Below, piece after piece: positions 55,401 to 55,401 of a DNA stretch of 55,401 bases (position 1 is its first letter; each line of letters begins with the position of its first letter). Location of the stretch: assembly GCA_016213695.1 (NCBI GenBank), contig JACQZV010000038.1, positions 1 through 55,401 on the forward strand, read 5' to 3'. The stretch comes from Acidobacteriota bacterium. GTDB taxonomy: Bacteria; Acidobacteriota; Vicinamibacteria; Vicinamibacterales; UBA2999. The translations under genes were made by a program, and so were the position numbers. The notes below the pieces were generated by a model, which made no database searches, was not told where the DNA came from, and worked only from the letters and a program-made list of their open reading frames with translations.

Positions 55401-55401
55401 C

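Overview
High-GC (roughly 70% by eye) chromosomal window with about 55 CDS and 3 tRNAs (fMet-CAT, Lys-TTT, Arg-TCT). Gene content (Oar-type TonB receptor, many DUF6152-like proteins, PufC-like cytochromes, TPR receptor kinase) suggests Acidobacteriota, Vicinamibacteria-like; this is an inference. A housekeeping core (ftsB, cutA, dedA, Cys/Met PLP lyase, rnc, purA, ABC exporter, ligD; ~22.3-32.5 kb) is flanked by accessory regions rich in exported proteins of unknown function. Best candidate for an undescribed system: a two-family periplasmic module, a small protein whose mature N-terminus starts His-His (DUF6152-like, 5 copies) always adjacent to a 'DLxGxW...GxWE.DT.V.D' protein with two conserved Cys (6 copies), found beside a TonB receptor, multiheme cytochromes and an atypical molybdoenzyme. 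Second candidate: a bicupin translationally coupled to a Pch2/TRIP13-like AAA+ ATPase with a His-rich tail. Other oddities: a 1562-aa secreted protein with 13 GGQDF repeats and a distorted metzincin site, a YjjJ toxin islet with a recombinase remnant at tRNA-fMet, a 2.7-kb insert bounded by a 29-bp direct repeat, several apparent pseudo-enzymes, phased AGTACAAG boxes upstream of ftsB, heptamer repeat elements, and probable leaderless/bidirectional promoters. All family calls come from motif recognition by eye; no database search was run.
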